Shown: piece after piece, positions 47,856 to 58,109 of the stretch
Layout: each line of letters opens with the position of its first letter
Position numbering within the stretch: the stretch's first letter is position 1
Assembly (NCBI GenBank): GCA_034669905.1
Contig: JAXMOL010000039.1
Location: 15,354 to 79,353, forward strand
Reading direction: 5' to 3'
DNA from: Candidatus Hydrogenedentota bacterium
GTDB taxonomy: Bacteria > Hydrogenedentota > Hydrogenedentia > Hydrogenedentales > JAEUWI01
Length of the DNA: 64,000 nt
Position numbers and translations under genes: made by a program
The notes under the pieces: generated by a model
Database searches by the model: none
What the model saw: the letters and a program-made list of their open reading frames with translations, nothing else
What the model was told of the DNA's origin: nothing

Positions 47856-49184
47856 ATGAAAATGAACTCAATTGTGTTCGCCGGGTTATCGTGTATCGTC
47901 GCCGGGAGCGTTGCGGCGGGCGGCTGGACGCAGTTTCGTGGGGAAGGGGCACGGGGGGTGGCGGAAGACCAATCCATCCCCAGCACCTGGAGCAGCACGG
48001 AAAACGTCGCCTGGAAAACGGAAGTGCCGGGGAAAGGCTGGTCCTCGCCGGTTGTCTGGGAGAATCAGATCTTTCTCACGGCGGTGATTAATGAGGGCGA
48101 GACGGAGGCCCCAAAAAAGGGGCTCTATTTCGGCGGGGAGCGTCCTGAACCTGCCGCCACGCCCCATCACTGGATGGTCTATGGTCTGGACCTTGCCACC
48201 GGAAAGATCCAGTGGGAGCGCGAGGTACATGCGGGAAAACCAGATGCACCCGTCCACGTGAAGAACAGTTACGCGTCGGAAACGCCGGTCACCGATGGCA
48301 CCCATGTCTACGCGTATTTTGGCGGTGTCGGGCTTTTCTGCCTGGATATGGACGGCAATCTCGTGTGGGAGCGGCGCGAAGCACCGCGCTCGATGCGCTA
48401 TGGTTGGGGGACCGCGGCATCGCCTGCGCTCCATGAAGACCGGCTTTACCTGGTGAACGATAATCAGGACCAGTCCTATGTGGAAGCCCTCGACAAAAAG
48501 ACCGGCGAGCAAGTCTGGCGGGTACCCCGTGATGAGGCCAGTAACTGGTCCACGCCCTTTGTCTGGCAAAACTCATTACGGAAAGAGCTGATTACCCTGG
48601 GTTCAGGCGCCGTTCGCTCCTATGACCTCGATGGTAAACTTCTCTGGCAGCTCTCCGGCATGTCTACCATCACCATTGCGACCCCCTATGCAGAGGGAGA
48701 CACCCTTTACTTCAGCTCGGGCTACGTAGGCGACCGGAAACATCGGCCTGTTTACGCGGTGCGACCGGGTGCCAGCGGCGATATTTCCCTGAAAGAAGGG
48801 GAGACCAGCAATGCATGGATTGCTTGGTGCCAGCCCATGGCCGCGCCCTACAATCCCTCAACCTTGTTGTATGAAGGACGCCTCTACGTGCTGCACGACC
48901 GGGGCCAATTCAGTTGCTACGATGCCCAAGACGGTTCGGTGCTCTATGAAAAAGAGCGGCTCCCCCGTGGTGCCGGCTTTACGGCTTCTCCCTGGGCGAA
49001 CAAGGGGAAAATTTTCTGCATGAATGAAGACGGCATCACCTATGTCCTCAAAGCGGGACCGACCTTCGAACTGCTCGCGACCAATCCGCTGGGGGAGAGC
49101 GATATGGGAATGTCCACGCCCGCTATTGCAAATGACACCCTTATTCTGCGAACCTCTTCAGCAGTCTATGGTATTCGGAATTGA
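47856..49184 (+). CDS. PQQ-binding-like beta-propeller repeat protein
   Basis: WTQFRG, WKTEVPGKGWSSPVV, NSYASETPVTDG, ASP and STP repeats. Confidence 0.9.
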   Translation: MKMNSIVFAGLSCIVAGSVAAGGWTQFRGEGARGVAEDQSIPSTWSSTENVAWKTEVPGKGWSSPVVWENQIFLTAVINEGETEAPKKGLYFGGERPEPAATPHHWMVYGLDLATGKIQWEREVHAGKPDAPVHVKNSYASETPVTDGTHVYAYFGGVGLFCLDMDGNLVWERREAPRSMRYGWGTAASPALHEDRLYLVNDNQDQSYVEALDKKTGEQVWRVPRDEASNWSTPFVWQNSLRKELITLGSGAVRSYDLDGKLLWQLSGMSTITIATPYAEGDTLYFSSGYVGDRKHRPVYAVRPGASGDISLKEGETSNAWIAWCQPMAAPYNPSTLLYEGRLYVLHDRGQFSCYDAQDGSVLYEKERLPRGAGFTASPWANKGKIFCMNEDGITYVLKAGPTFELLATNPLGESDMGMSTPAIANDTLILRTSSAVYGIRN

Positions 49185-49314
49185 GCACTTCCCGGTATTT
49201 TACGGCGGGGAAAGGCCAATACGGATAGACGGGCGGGTAGTAGGTGTGGTCTGGGGCCACGTCGCTATGCGCCCCGGTCGCTTTCACAGTTAGCCTCAGG
49301 AGGATAGTGCGTTC

Positions 49315-50268
49315 ATGCGGGCATTGGTATTGTCAGACAGAGACGTGCGGGTTACGGAGGTGCCAGACCCCGAGCCGCAGAAGGGCGAAGCCCTGATCAA
49401 GGTGTTGATGGCGGGGGTCTGCAATACCGATTTGGAGTTGGTCCGCGGCTATATGGGATTCCGTGGCATCCTCGGCCATGAGTTCGTCGGCATCGTGGAG
49501 CAGGCGTCCAATCCCCATCTGGTGGGCAAACGGGTGGTTGGTGAAATTAACTGCGTGTGCAACACCTGCCACTATTGCCGCATGGAAATGCCCAACCACT
49601 GCCTCGACCGTTCCGTGCTGGGAATACTCAAACGCGATGGGGCGTTTGCCGATTATTTAACCCTTCCCGAAGAAAATCTCCACCTCGCACCCGCATCCGC
49701 ACGGGATGACGTTGCCGTGTTCACCGAACCCACGGCGGCCGCTTTTCGCATCATTGAGCAGGTAAAACTCAGCGACAAAGACCGGGTGGTCGTGCTCGGA
49801 GATGGCAAGCTCGGCCAGCTATGTGCCCAGGTAATTCATCTTCACACCAAAAACCTGGTTTGCGTGGGGAAACATGCCTGGAAACTCAAGATGCTCTCGG
49901 ATCTGGGTATTAAGACAGCCCTTGCCGATGAGCCCCTCATGCGGGGGGCCGATGTCGTCGTAGAGGCCACGGGCTCCCATCTGGGCTTCGAACGGGCACT
50001 GGAACTCGTACGGCCCGAAGGGACCATCGTGCTGAAGACCACCGTGACCCATCCGACGGCCTTGGATTTTAGTGTACCGGTTATCAATGAGATTACGATC
50101 CTGGGGTCGCGCTGCGGTCCATTCCGCCCCGCCCTGGAAGCCCTGAGTCTGGGCAACGTGGGGGTGCGCCCCCTCGTAACAGACACCTTCACGCTGAACG
50201 ATGCCGACAAGGCACTTCAACGGGCGGCGGAGCCGGATGCCATGAAAGTGCTTATTCAGATGTCATGA
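49315..50268 (+). CDS. Zinc-dependent alcohol dehydrogenase (MDR)
   Basis: GVCNTD, GHEFVG, CxCxxCxxC...C structural zinc site, GDGKLG. Confidence 0.92.
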   Translation: MRALVLSDRDVRVTEVPDPEPQKGEALIKVLMAGVCNTDLELVRGYMGFRGILGHEFVGIVEQASNPHLVGKRVVGEINCVCNTCHYCRMEMPNHCLDRSVLGILKRDGAFADYLTLPEENLHLAPASARDDVAVFTEPTAAAFRIIEQVKLSDKDRVVVLGDGKLGQLCAQVIHLHTKNLVCVGKHAWKLKMLSDLGIKTALADEPLMRGADVVVEATGSHLGFERALELVRPEGTIVLKTTVTHPTALDFSVPVINEITILGSRCGPFRPALEALSLGNVGVRPLVTDTFTLNDADKALQRAAEPDAMKVLIQMS

Positions 50269-50396
50269 AGGCCGCGCTCCGGGTTCTGAGAGGGTGAACA
50301 TCCCTGGTAGGGAAATGGCTGCGGGGCAATGTACGGTGATTCTCCTGCAAACCGAGGTTTGTTAATGGTTTTTCGTAGTGTTCGCGGATTGCGTGT

Positions 50397-50424
50397 TTGC
50401 GTTTTTCGCCAGGTGTGGTATAGT
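50397..50424 (+). promoter_or_regulatory. Sigma70-like promoter (extended -10) before flagellin
   Basis: TTGCGT-N16-TATAGT with TGn extension. Confidence 0.5.
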
Positions 50425-50481
50425 TAAGGCGACACACGGTACACGGCTTGGGGCTGGGTACAACACAGGAGGACAGCGCCT

Positions 50482-51285
50482 ATGGGATTAAACATTAATA
50501 CCAATGTGCCTGCCCTGACTGCCGGGAGGCAAGCACGACGCGCCGAAGGAGCGCTGTCAAACGTCTTGGAACGTTTGGCGTCTCAGCGTCGTATCAACCG
50601 GGCAGCGGATGATGCGGCCGGTCTGGCGATTGCAGAGCGTTTCAACACGCAGATTCGTCAGGGGCAGGTGGAGATCAATAACCTTCAGTCGGGCATCAAT
50701 GTGGTGCAGACGGCGGAAGGTGGGCTTGGTGTGCAGCAGGACGCGGTGCAACGCATCCGTGAACTGTCGTTGCAGGCCCAGAACGGTACGTTGAGTGACG
50801 AGAATCGCGCTGCACTTAATGAAGAAGCGCAGCAGCTCCGGGCACAGATTGACAGTGTGGCCCGTGATACGGAGTTTAATGGACTGAATCTCCTGGACTC
50901 CGACGGCAACATCGACCTCGGAACGTCCGGCAACGAAATCGAGATTACGGCCTCGAACAGCGCCTCCCTCAATCTCGACACCCTCGATATCAGTACGGTA
51001 GAGGGTGCGGCAGCGGCTGTGAGTGCCTCCGACAATGCCTTGGACCAGATCAGTCGAAACCGTTCCACCCTGGGTGCACAGGAAAACCGATTCGAAAGTG
51101 CCATCAACCAACGGGAAATATCCGTGTTGAATGAGCAGAATGCAGAATCCAGCATCCGGGATTTGGATTTGGCCCGGGCGTCGATTGAACGTTCGCGAAA
51201 CGAACTGCTCTTGCAAGGCAGCATTTCAAGCCTGGTACAGACCAACGTTACCCCCCAGACGGCCTTGGGCCTGTTGGGCGGCTAG
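50482..51285 (+). CDS. fliC: Short flagellin (conserved D0/D1 only)
   Basis: INTNVPAL, ERLAS..RINRAADDAAGLAI, QTAEGGL, QRIRELSLQAQNGT, RSTLGAQENRF, AESSIRDLD. Confidence 0.9.
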   Translation: MGLNINTNVPALTAGRQARRAEGALSNVLERLASQRRINRAADDAAGLAIAERFNTQIRQGQVEINNLQSGINVVQTAEGGLGVQQDAVQRIRELSLQAQNGTLSDENRAALNEEAQQLRAQIDSVARDTEFNGLNLLDSDGNIDLGTSGNEIEITASNSASLNLDTLDISTVEGAAAAVSASDNALDQISRNRSTLGAQENRFESAINQREISVLNEQNAESSIRDLDLARASIERSRNELLLQGSISSLVQTNVTPQTALGLLGG

Positions 51286-51320
51286 TTTGCCAGGCTGAAG
51301 ACCCAACGCTTTTAATGGAG

Positions 51321-51355
51321 ACCTCCCGAGTGGTACAACCAACGGGAGGTTTTTT
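51321..51355 (+). terminator. Intrinsic terminator after flagellin
   Basis: ACCTCCCG...CGGGAGGT followed by TTTTT. Confidence 0.8.
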
Positions 51356-51421
51356 GTATGAATTCGCGTGTCGTAGGGGCGGACAGGGCAGCTTCGATGG
51401 ATCGAAAGAGGAGGGCGGTAG

Positions 51422-52027
51422 GTGAGTCCAATACATTCTAATGTTCGGGAGGCGTTGGTGGATGCGCTCGCCCAGTCGCCCATGTTGCAATTGTTGGGGA
51501 AGGACGGCTCGGGCCATCCGGAACTGCGCAGAATGCTTGCGGAGGGCGAACTGCAGACCTTTCCGCCGAAGGAGATCATTATTCGGGAAGGGGACGAGAG
51601 TGATCGAATGTATGTGCTGGCTTCAGGCACCGTCAGTGTGCAGGTAGACGGAAAAGAAGTGTGCGTCATGTCGGCCCCCGGCGAAATCTTTGGCGAGTTC
51701 GGGGCCGTGACCGGCGACTTACGCTCCGCTTCCGTCCTGGCTGTGGACCGGGTCGTCTGCCTTGCCATGAATCCTCAGTTCACCTGTCGCAATAAACTCG
51801 ATGATGACAGCGTATTTGCCCAGCTCGTCCAGCGTGCCCTGACCAAGATCTTACTGGGACGCCTTCAGCAGACCAGTTCGGAGTTGGCCGCGAGCCAGGA
51901 AGCGCTGAAAAGCATCGAACGTCAGGTAGCCTTTCTTCGCCTCGACAACGACACGCTGAATAATGAACTGGAGACGGCGCGGAAGACCATTCGGGAAGGG
52001 CTGAGAGGCACCCGCGGGAGCGAGTGA
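51422..52027 (+). CDS. Cyclic-nucleotide-binding domain protein with C-terminal coiled coil
   Basis: IIREGDESDRMYVLASG, GEIFGE, RSASVLA; heptad tail without HTH. Confidence 0.85.
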   Translation: MSPIHSNVREALVDALAQSPMLQLLGKDGSGHPELRRMLAEGELQTFPPKEIIIREGDESDRMYVLASGTVSVQVDGKEVCVMSAPGEIFGEFGAVTGDLRSASVLAVDRVVCLAMNPQFTCRNKLDDDSVFAQLVQRALTKILLGRLQQTSSELAASQEALKSIERQVAFLRLDNDTLNNELETARKTIREGLRGTRGSE

Positions 52028-52036
52028 CAATTGCTT

Positions 52037-53944
52037 CTATTCCGTTCGGGGTTTCAGGATTTCCGCCAGTCGGTCCGGGCTCTCCTCGTGACGAACCAGA
52101 TGGAGATACCGCGCGCCTTCGGCGTAGGGCAGGGTAAACGTCTTAAAGAGATCGCCGTCCAACGTCAGCAACTCCACGTTGCGTCGGGTCGTCGAGTCCT
52201 TGATGGCGTCGCGGAATCGGTCGAGCGTAAACTTCTTACCATTGACGCCGACTACTTTCATTCCGGGAGCCAACCCGGCTTCGTCGGCGGGCATGCCGGG
52301 TACGAGGGCCCCAGAGACTGACCCATCGCTGGTAACCGTCAAGCCGAGGGAATGAAAGGCCGACGCGTAGTTGCCGTTCTTTTCCCGGTCCGCATCGTAT
52401 TTAGACGCTTCGCTTTGGAATTCGATCCGATAGCCGAGACGTCCCACAACTTCCAGGGGTAAGGCCTCTTGTGCTCCCTTAATGGAGCGGTCAATCATGC
52501 CGCGCCAATCATGGGGCTGGAGGTTGTTCAGCGTGGCCAGAACCTCCTCTTCGTCAAAGCCCAGCATCTCTGGGTCATCCCCGGACTTTCCCAGAAATGC
52601 GGCGACAAAATCGTCCAAAGACTGCTTGCCATCCGAAAGCTCCCGCAAGGTGGCATCTACCTCCAGCCAGAAGAGCAGGCCCTCGTTGTAATAGTCCTGA
52701 CCCCGGCGGAGTTTGCTCCAGGAAGGGCTGCCGCCCCGCAGATGGTAGGAATCCGCCGCCGTATCCTCCAGTGAGCGCCACTGACGCCCTTCCTGCCGCA
52801 TGAAGCTGCCCAGATTGGTGGCCAGGACCTGACGATAATGCGCCAGGTCCCATATCCCACTGCGCACGGTAAGCACATGGCCCAGATACTGGGTTAACCC
52901 TTCGTAGACCCAGAGAAGCCGCGTGTCCTTGGCCGTATGAAAGTCGGAGCGCACCATCCCCGCTGGACGCCGGTATTTTCCGCACCAGGAATGGACATAT
53001 TCGTGCGGGAGCAGGTAGCCCACCCAACTCTTGAGTTTATCCTCGGAATGGAGGTCCCGTTCACCGACTCCATTGAGGCTGGACCGCAGATGCTCCAGCC
53101 CCGTGTAGGGTATGTTGTTGCTGCACGAGACGAGGAAGTGGTAGTTGTCGTAGTGGGCACCGCCGAAGAGGGCGTAGGCCTCTGTCACCATCTTGCCATA
53201 TTTGCCGATGAGCTCTTCCTTGATTTGAAGGGCCTGGGGCGATTCGGAGCCCAGATGCAGATAGACTGGCGGACCATCGCCATGGTCCAACGCGATCTGT
53301 CGGAGGTGTTCGCCCAACAAAAGGGGGCTGTCCATCAATTCCGTGAAGGAGACCGCCTTGTAGTGGTTGGCACCATCCCGTTGCTCCTCCAGGGGGAGCG
53401 ACGTGGCCACGTGCCAGTCTTCTGGCAAGATGATGCGTGTGGTGACCTGCAGCTCGGAGGTCGCTTCCCCGTCGGGGTACAAGAGCACGGTATTCCAATT
53501 CACGACGCCGAGTAAGCTGTTGCCATAACTGTCCACTCCCTTGGAATTGGTCGAAGGCTGATTGGTGATGTAGTCCATGGAAATGCGGAGCGTTGTAACC
53601 CCGGCGGGCACCGTGCAGTCAAACCGATACCGGTTCAGCGGGTCCCGGGTCCAGGCAATGGTGTTGCCATCCGGATCGGTGACCTTCAAGCCGGCCATGT
53701 TTTGAATCGGACCCCGGGGCGCATGGATCCCGGGAATCCATTCGGGATACCAGAAGGTGAAAGGGCCGGGGGAGACGGGCATCTCGATGGTGCTGTGAAG
53801 AAGGCGGCGGGGGAGGTCCCGGGTATCAAGGGTCACTTCCATCGTGGCGGCGGATGCCATGGTGACATGGACCAACGCCAGCACGATGGAGAGTGCGAGA
53901 ATACGTAACGAAGAAGGATTTGGATGAGTATGCACGGCCAGCAA
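52037..53944 (-). CDS. M61 family glycyl aminopeptidase with PDZ domain
   Basis: PEWIPG, GLEH, HEYVHSW, LWVYEGLTQY, PADEAGL..G..VVGVNG. Confidence 0.92.
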   Translation of the reverse strand: MLAVHTHPNPSSLRILALSIVLALVHVTMASAATMEVTLDTRDLPRRLLHSTIEMPVSPGPFTFWYPEWIPGIHAPRGPIQNMAGLKVTDPDGNTIAWTRDPLNRYRFDCTVPAGVTTLRISMDYITNQPSTNSKGVDSYGNSLLGVVNWNTVLLYPDGEATSELQVTTRIILPEDWHVATSLPLEEQRDGANHYKAVSFTELMDSPLLLGEHLRQIALDHGDGPPVYLHLGSESPQALQIKEELIGKYGKMVTEAYALFGGAHYDNYHFLVSCSNNIPYTGLEHLRSSLNGVGERDLHSEDKLKSWVGYLLPHEYVHSWCGKYRRPAGMVRSDFHTAKDTRLLWVYEGLTQYLGHVLTVRSGIWDLAHYRQVLATNLGSFMRQEGRQWRSLEDTAADSYHLRGGSPSWSKLRRGQDYYNEGLLFWLEVDATLRELSDGKQSLDDFVAAFLGKSGDDPEMLGFDEEEVLATLNNLQPHDWRGMIDRSIKGAQEALPLEVVGRLGYRIEFQSEASKYDADREKNGNYASAFHSLGLTVTSDGSVSGALVPGMPADEAGLAPGMKVVGVNGKKFTLDRFRDAIKDSTTRRNVELLTLDGDLFKTFTLPYAEGARYLHLVRHEESPDRLAEILKPRTE

Positions 53945-54026
53945 CGCTCCAGGTTGAGTCAGGAATCAATGCGTCCCAGTCTAGTGGGCCTATGGTCCGA
54001 TTGCAAGACTAAGGCACATCGGCACG

Positions 54027-54055
54027 TTGACTCCCGTGTGACTTCAATTTAAACT
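54027..54055 (+). promoter_or_regulatory. Sigma70 promoter for the acylase gene
   Basis: TTGACT-N17-TAAACT. Confidence 0.6.
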
Positions 54056-54135
54056 GCTGTAGGATGATACGACCGGGATAGCCGCGCTATCTGGATAGGC
54101 CATCACTAACAACATGAGTCGGGAAGGGTTCTTCA

Positions 54136-56673
54136 ATGACCAGATTGTTTCACGGTGCCGTGGCACTGCTTACCACGACACTGGCCGCCACCGTAATGGC
54201 AGCACCACTACCAGGTACCGGACCAGATGAAGGCAAGACGGTGGTCTACCGCGATACCTGGGGAATTCCCCATATCTATTCCCCCACGGCCGAGGGGGGG
54301 CTCTATGCCATGGGGTGGACCCAGGCGGAGGACCGTCCCGAGGAACTGCTGAAGAATTTCGCCCGGGCCATGGGGATCAGTGCCCGCTTCGACGGCTCGG
54401 GTGCCGTGAAGAGTGACATGGTCTCCCATATGTGGGACCACTATGGCGTCGCGCAGCGCGGGGAACAGACCCTGCGCCCGGAATTGCAGCGCCACCTCCA
54501 GGCCTATGTGGACGGGGTCAATGCCTTCTACAAGGCCCACCCGGAAGACGTACCTGCCTGGTGGGGCGACAAGGAGGTCGATGTCCCCATGGTCATCGCC
54601 TTCGGGCGCATGTTTCTCTATTCCTGGTCCATCGATGATGGCTTTGGTGATCTGCGTCGTGGCGGTATCGAACCGGGTATCAAGAAGACCCGTCGTGCTT
54701 CCAACCAGTTCGCCATTGCGCCGTCGCGCAGTGCCAGTGGTAAGGCTATACTCTATGTGGATCCCCACCTGGCCTGGTTTGGCCCGTCCCGTTTCTGGGA
54801 AGTGCGGATTCATGCCGGCGACTTGGTCGGGAGTGGCTTCAACCTGGCCGGTACCCCCTATATCGGCCTGGGACACAATGAGCACCTTGCCTGGGCCATG
54901 ACCACCGGTGCGCCAGATACGGCCGATGTCTATGCCCTTACGCTGAACCCCGACAATCCCCTGCAGTACAAATATGAGGACGAATGGCGGGACATGACAA
55001 CCCGGGAGATTACGCTGCAGGTCGCTGATTCCGACGACGTGACCATGACCCTCTACGATGCGCACTATGGCCCCGTTGTGGCCATGGAAGGGGAGAAGGC
55101 CTACGCACTCAAGACGTCCTACGCGGATATCGTAAACGGCAATGAGGCCTGGTATGAGTTGAATTTTGCCAAGGATTACACCGGTGCGGTCGCCGCCATG
55201 AAGACCCTGACCATGTTCCCGCAGAACGTCATGGTGGCCGATACCCAGGGGAATACCTATTACCAGCGGAGCGGCCGCGTGCCCCATCGCCCCGAAGGCT
55301 TTGACTGGGATCGCCCGGTAGACGGCTCCACCTCGGCGACCGAGTGGTTGGGCATCCATGACCCGTCTGACCACGTCCAGATACTGAATCCGGCGCAGGG
55401 CTACATGCAGTGCTGTAACATTCCGCCGGATGCCATGATGGCCAACAGCCCCCTGACACCGGACAAGTATCCCGCCTACCTCTACGGTGATTTGGGCTAT
55501 GGGCCACGGGGTGGGTGGACCAATCCCCGCGGTGCCCGCGCGGTGGAGTTGCTGGATTCCGACGATTCGGTTACCATCGCGGAAGCCTTGGACTATGCAC
55601 TGGATGTAAAACCCTACGGTGTAGAGAATTGGCTGAAAATACTTCGCGACGCCCACAAGAACTACGGGGACCTCTTCGAAGACGATGTCGCTTACCAAAA
55701 AGGCATGGCGGATATCCTCGCGTGGAATGGGGAACTGCGGCGCTACGCGACCGGTGCCCTCAAGTACCACTACTGGCGCAATCAGTTGGAGTCCGACTAT
55801 GGTCGGGACACCATGGAAGAAGTTCGGGACCGGGTGGACCAGTATTACAAGGTCGTTTCGGGCGAAACGTATGACGTCGTCACCATCGGGGAAGAAGAAG
55901 CCACGGCTGCCCTCCAGTCCTTTTCCAATGCCATGGCCGCCATGGAATCGGACTTTCACACCATTGATGTGACCTGGGGAGAATACTTCCGTGTCGGGCG
56001 GGATGAAAAGTCCTGGCCGGTAGGGGGCGGCGGTGATGGCAACCTGGGTACGGTCACCCTGCGTAACGTGAAGTACCAGGGCGAAAAGGATCATCAGCGC
56101 ATGGGGCGTGGAGGGCAGACGTCGACACAGATCATTCACCTGAGCACACCGATTCAAAGCTGGACGGCACCGCCCATTGGCCAGAGCGACCGTCCCGACT
56201 CGCCCCACTACAATGACCAAGCCGAAAAGATATTCAGCAAGCGCATCATGAAACCGACCTGGTGGCTTCCGGAAGATCTGGCTAAACACATCGCCTCACG
56301 GACCGAGTTGTCTTACGGCGCGACGGCAACGCCTGAAGCCGCGGTACAGGCCCGGCTGGAGGCATGGGCAACGGCGTTGGAAGAACTTCAAGTGGAGCAG
56401 TCCCTCTCCTTTTATGCCGATGACCTCGTTGGCGAAGAGGGGAGGGGGAAACCGGAACTGGCAAGTTTCCTGGAAACGGCCGTCGCGAATGGCATGTTGG
56501 ATGGCCTCGATATAACGGTGGACCCGGCCAAGATCTCCGTGTCCGGCTCGCGCGCCACCGTGAAAGACATCGATATCGAAGGTACCTTCGGCGGCATGGC
56601 TATTGCCCTGGAGTTGGAAGAGCGTGATGGCGTCTGGCTGATAACCAAGAGCAGTAGCGGGGATTCCTACTAG
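54136..56673 (+). CDS. Penicillin acylase family Ntn hydrolase with C-terminal NTF2-like extension
   Basis: RDTWGIPHIY, QAEDR, catalytic SNQFAIAPSRS, DPHL, GQS..PDSPHY.DQ. Confidence 0.9.
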   Translation: MTRLFHGAVALLTTTLAATVMAAPLPGTGPDEGKTVVYRDTWGIPHIYSPTAEGGLYAMGWTQAEDRPEELLKNFARAMGISARFDGSGAVKSDMVSHMWDHYGVAQRGEQTLRPELQRHLQAYVDGVNAFYKAHPEDVPAWWGDKEVDVPMVIAFGRMFLYSWSIDDGFGDLRRGGIEPGIKKTRRASNQFAIAPSRSASGKAILYVDPHLAWFGPSRFWEVRIHAGDLVGSGFNLAGTPYIGLGHNEHLAWAMTTGAPDTADVYALTLNPDNPLQYKYEDEWRDMTTREITLQVADSDDVTMTLYDAHYGPVVAMEGEKAYALKTSYADIVNGNEAWYELNFAKDYTGAVAAMKTLTMFPQNVMVADTQGNTYYQRSGRVPHRPEGFDWDRPVDGSTSATEWLGIHDPSDHVQILNPAQGYMQCCNIPPDAMMANSPLTPDKYPAYLYGDLGYGPRGGWTNPRGARAVELLDSDDSVTIAEALDYALDVKPYGVENWLKILRDAHKNYGDLFEDDVAYQKGMADILAWNGELRRYATGALKYHYWRNQLESDYGRDTMEEVRDRVDQYYKVVSGETYDVVTIGEEEATAALQSFSNAMAAMESDFHTIDVTWGEYFRVGRDEKSWPVGGGGDGNLGTVTLRNVKYQGEKDHQRMGRGGQTSTQIIHLSTPIQSWTAPPIGQSDRPDSPHYNDQAEKIFSKRIMKPTWWLPEDLAKHIASRTELSYGATATPEAAVQARLEAWATALEELQVEQSLSFYADDLVGEEGRGKPELASFLETAVANGMLDGLDITVDPAKISVSGSRATVKDIDIEGTFGGMAIALELEERDGVWLITKSSSGDSY

Positions 56674-56732
56674 GCAATACCACGGGAACCGGAAGTAATC
56701 TCTTAGAAACGCGTTAGAACGGAAGAAGTAGC

Positions 56733-57515
56733 ATGCACGTACTGGAACAGTTTTCACTCGAAGGAAGAACGGCCCTGATAACCGGAGGGGCGGGCCTCTA
56801 TGGACGCCAGTTGGTGCGGGCACTGGCCGAAGCCGGCGCCACAACCTATGTGGCTTCCCGGAACGTGGCTGCCCTGGAATCCCTCGCGGAGACTCTTGCC
56901 AAAGAGGATCTCATCATTCATCCCCGTTCCCTGGATTTGGGTGAGGAGGACAGCATCTTGTCCCTTCGCGATGGGATTCAATCCGAGCAGGAGTCTATCG
57001 ACATTCTGGTAAACAACGCGGTACTCCAGCCTTTGAGTCACTACCGCGATGGGAGCGATAAGTTCGAACTGAGCATGAAGGTGAATGCCACCGGGCTCTT
57101 CCTGATTACCCGCGCATTTGGCGACTGGATGGCCGAGAAGGGGTGCGGTTCCATTATTAATATCGGCTCTATGAAAGGCATGGTCGGGCCCAACCATTTC
57201 AACTATCGTGGCACGGATATGCACGCCTGGCACCCGGACTATTTTTTCCACAAAGGAGCCATGATCAACTACACGAAATTCCTGGCAAGCTATTACGGAT
57301 TGCAGGGGGTGCGATGCAACTGCATTTCCCCCGGTGGCTTTCAGACCGAAGATCACCCGGAAGCCTTCGTGCGTCAATACAGCGAACGAACCTGCCTGGG
57401 ACGTATGGCCAACAGCACCGACCTCATGGGCGCGCTCGTTTTCCTCGCCAGCGACGCTTCCGCCTATCTTACGGGAACCAACATTCCGGTGGATGGCGGT
57501 TATACCGCGAAATAG
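56733..57515 (+). CDS. SDR family oxidoreductase
   Basis: TGGAGLYG, LVNNA, YFFHK (YxxxK), NCISPGG, VDGGY. Confidence 0.93.
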   Translation: MHVLEQFSLEGRTALITGGAGLYGRQLVRALAEAGATTYVASRNVAALESLAETLAKEDLIIHPRSLDLGEEDSILSLRDGIQSEQESIDILVNNAVLQPLSHYRDGSDKFELSMKVNATGLFLITRAFGDWMAEKGCGSIINIGSMKGMVGPNHFNYRGTDMHAWHPDYFFHKGAMINYTKFLASYYGLQGVRCNCISPGGFQTEDHPEAFVRQYSERTCLGRMANSTDLMGALVFLASDASAYLTGTNIPVDGGYTAK

Positions 57516-57559
57516 CCCGCATGCTGCAGGAGAGGAAACCGAAGAACCGGGGGAGCCGG

Positions 57560-57880
57560 ATGACGAGGTGGAAAGTTTTCGTCGTCCTGGTATCCGTGTT
57601 CGCAGGTGTTCACACCGTACTCTGGTTGCTCCTGCTCTGGGCACACACGACGGGCGGGCTCAGTGACCAGAGTCCCGTATTTCTACTGGTGGTCATCGCC
57701 AACCTGCTGGATAGTCCGGCCCGATGGGTGCTTGGGGCGATGGGTGTGAACGGTAACATGGTAGCGCTCTTTCTGGCTGGCACTCTTCAGTGGGTCATAA
57801 TCGCGGGAGGGCTGACGCAGGTGATCGGTATTTTCGTGAAACACGCCCATTGCACCGCGACGACTCCCACGTCCCCATGA
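57560..57880 (+). CDS. Small membrane protein (about three TM)
   Basis: Hydrophobic ORF with GGAG RBS. Confidence 0.6.
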   Translation: MTRWKVFVVLVSVFAGVHTVLWLLLLWAHTTGGLSDQSPVFLLVVIANLLDSPARWVLGAMGVNGNMVALFLAGTLQWVIIAGGLTQVIGIFVKHAHCTATTPTSP

Positions 57881-58093
57881 CAAGGCCTGCACGGCCATTC
57901 AGGTAAACTGGATTTGACGTGTCGCTCGGAGCAATTGTCAATCACAGCTGAATAACTTCTCATGCCGCAACGGGGTTGGGCGCAGGAAGAGATGGTGTCA
58001 CTTGTTTCGAACTGTTGGCGCTTAGGTGTGTAAGTCAAATAGTAAAAGTGGGTTAGCGGTGTGCGCATCCGCAGGTGCTGATCTCGCCATTGA

Positions 58094-58109
58094 TGGCCCA
58101 ATTCTTGCA
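58094..58109 (+). promoter_or_regulatory. Sigma54 (-24/-12) promoter for the PEP-CTERM gene
   Basis: TGGCCC-AATTC-TTGCA, exact GG-N10-GC spacing. Confidence 0.7.

Noticed and set aside
54208..56289. Long antisense ORFs (also 34271-36217, 20936-22483, 11272-12759)
   Set aside because: Shadow frames opposite well-supported genes, expected from high-GC codon bias; no recognisable motifs
58045..58057. AAAGTGGGTTAGC match to the REP foot and first arm
   Set aside because: Only 13 bp with no TCC loop or second arm; chance match or unprovable remnant
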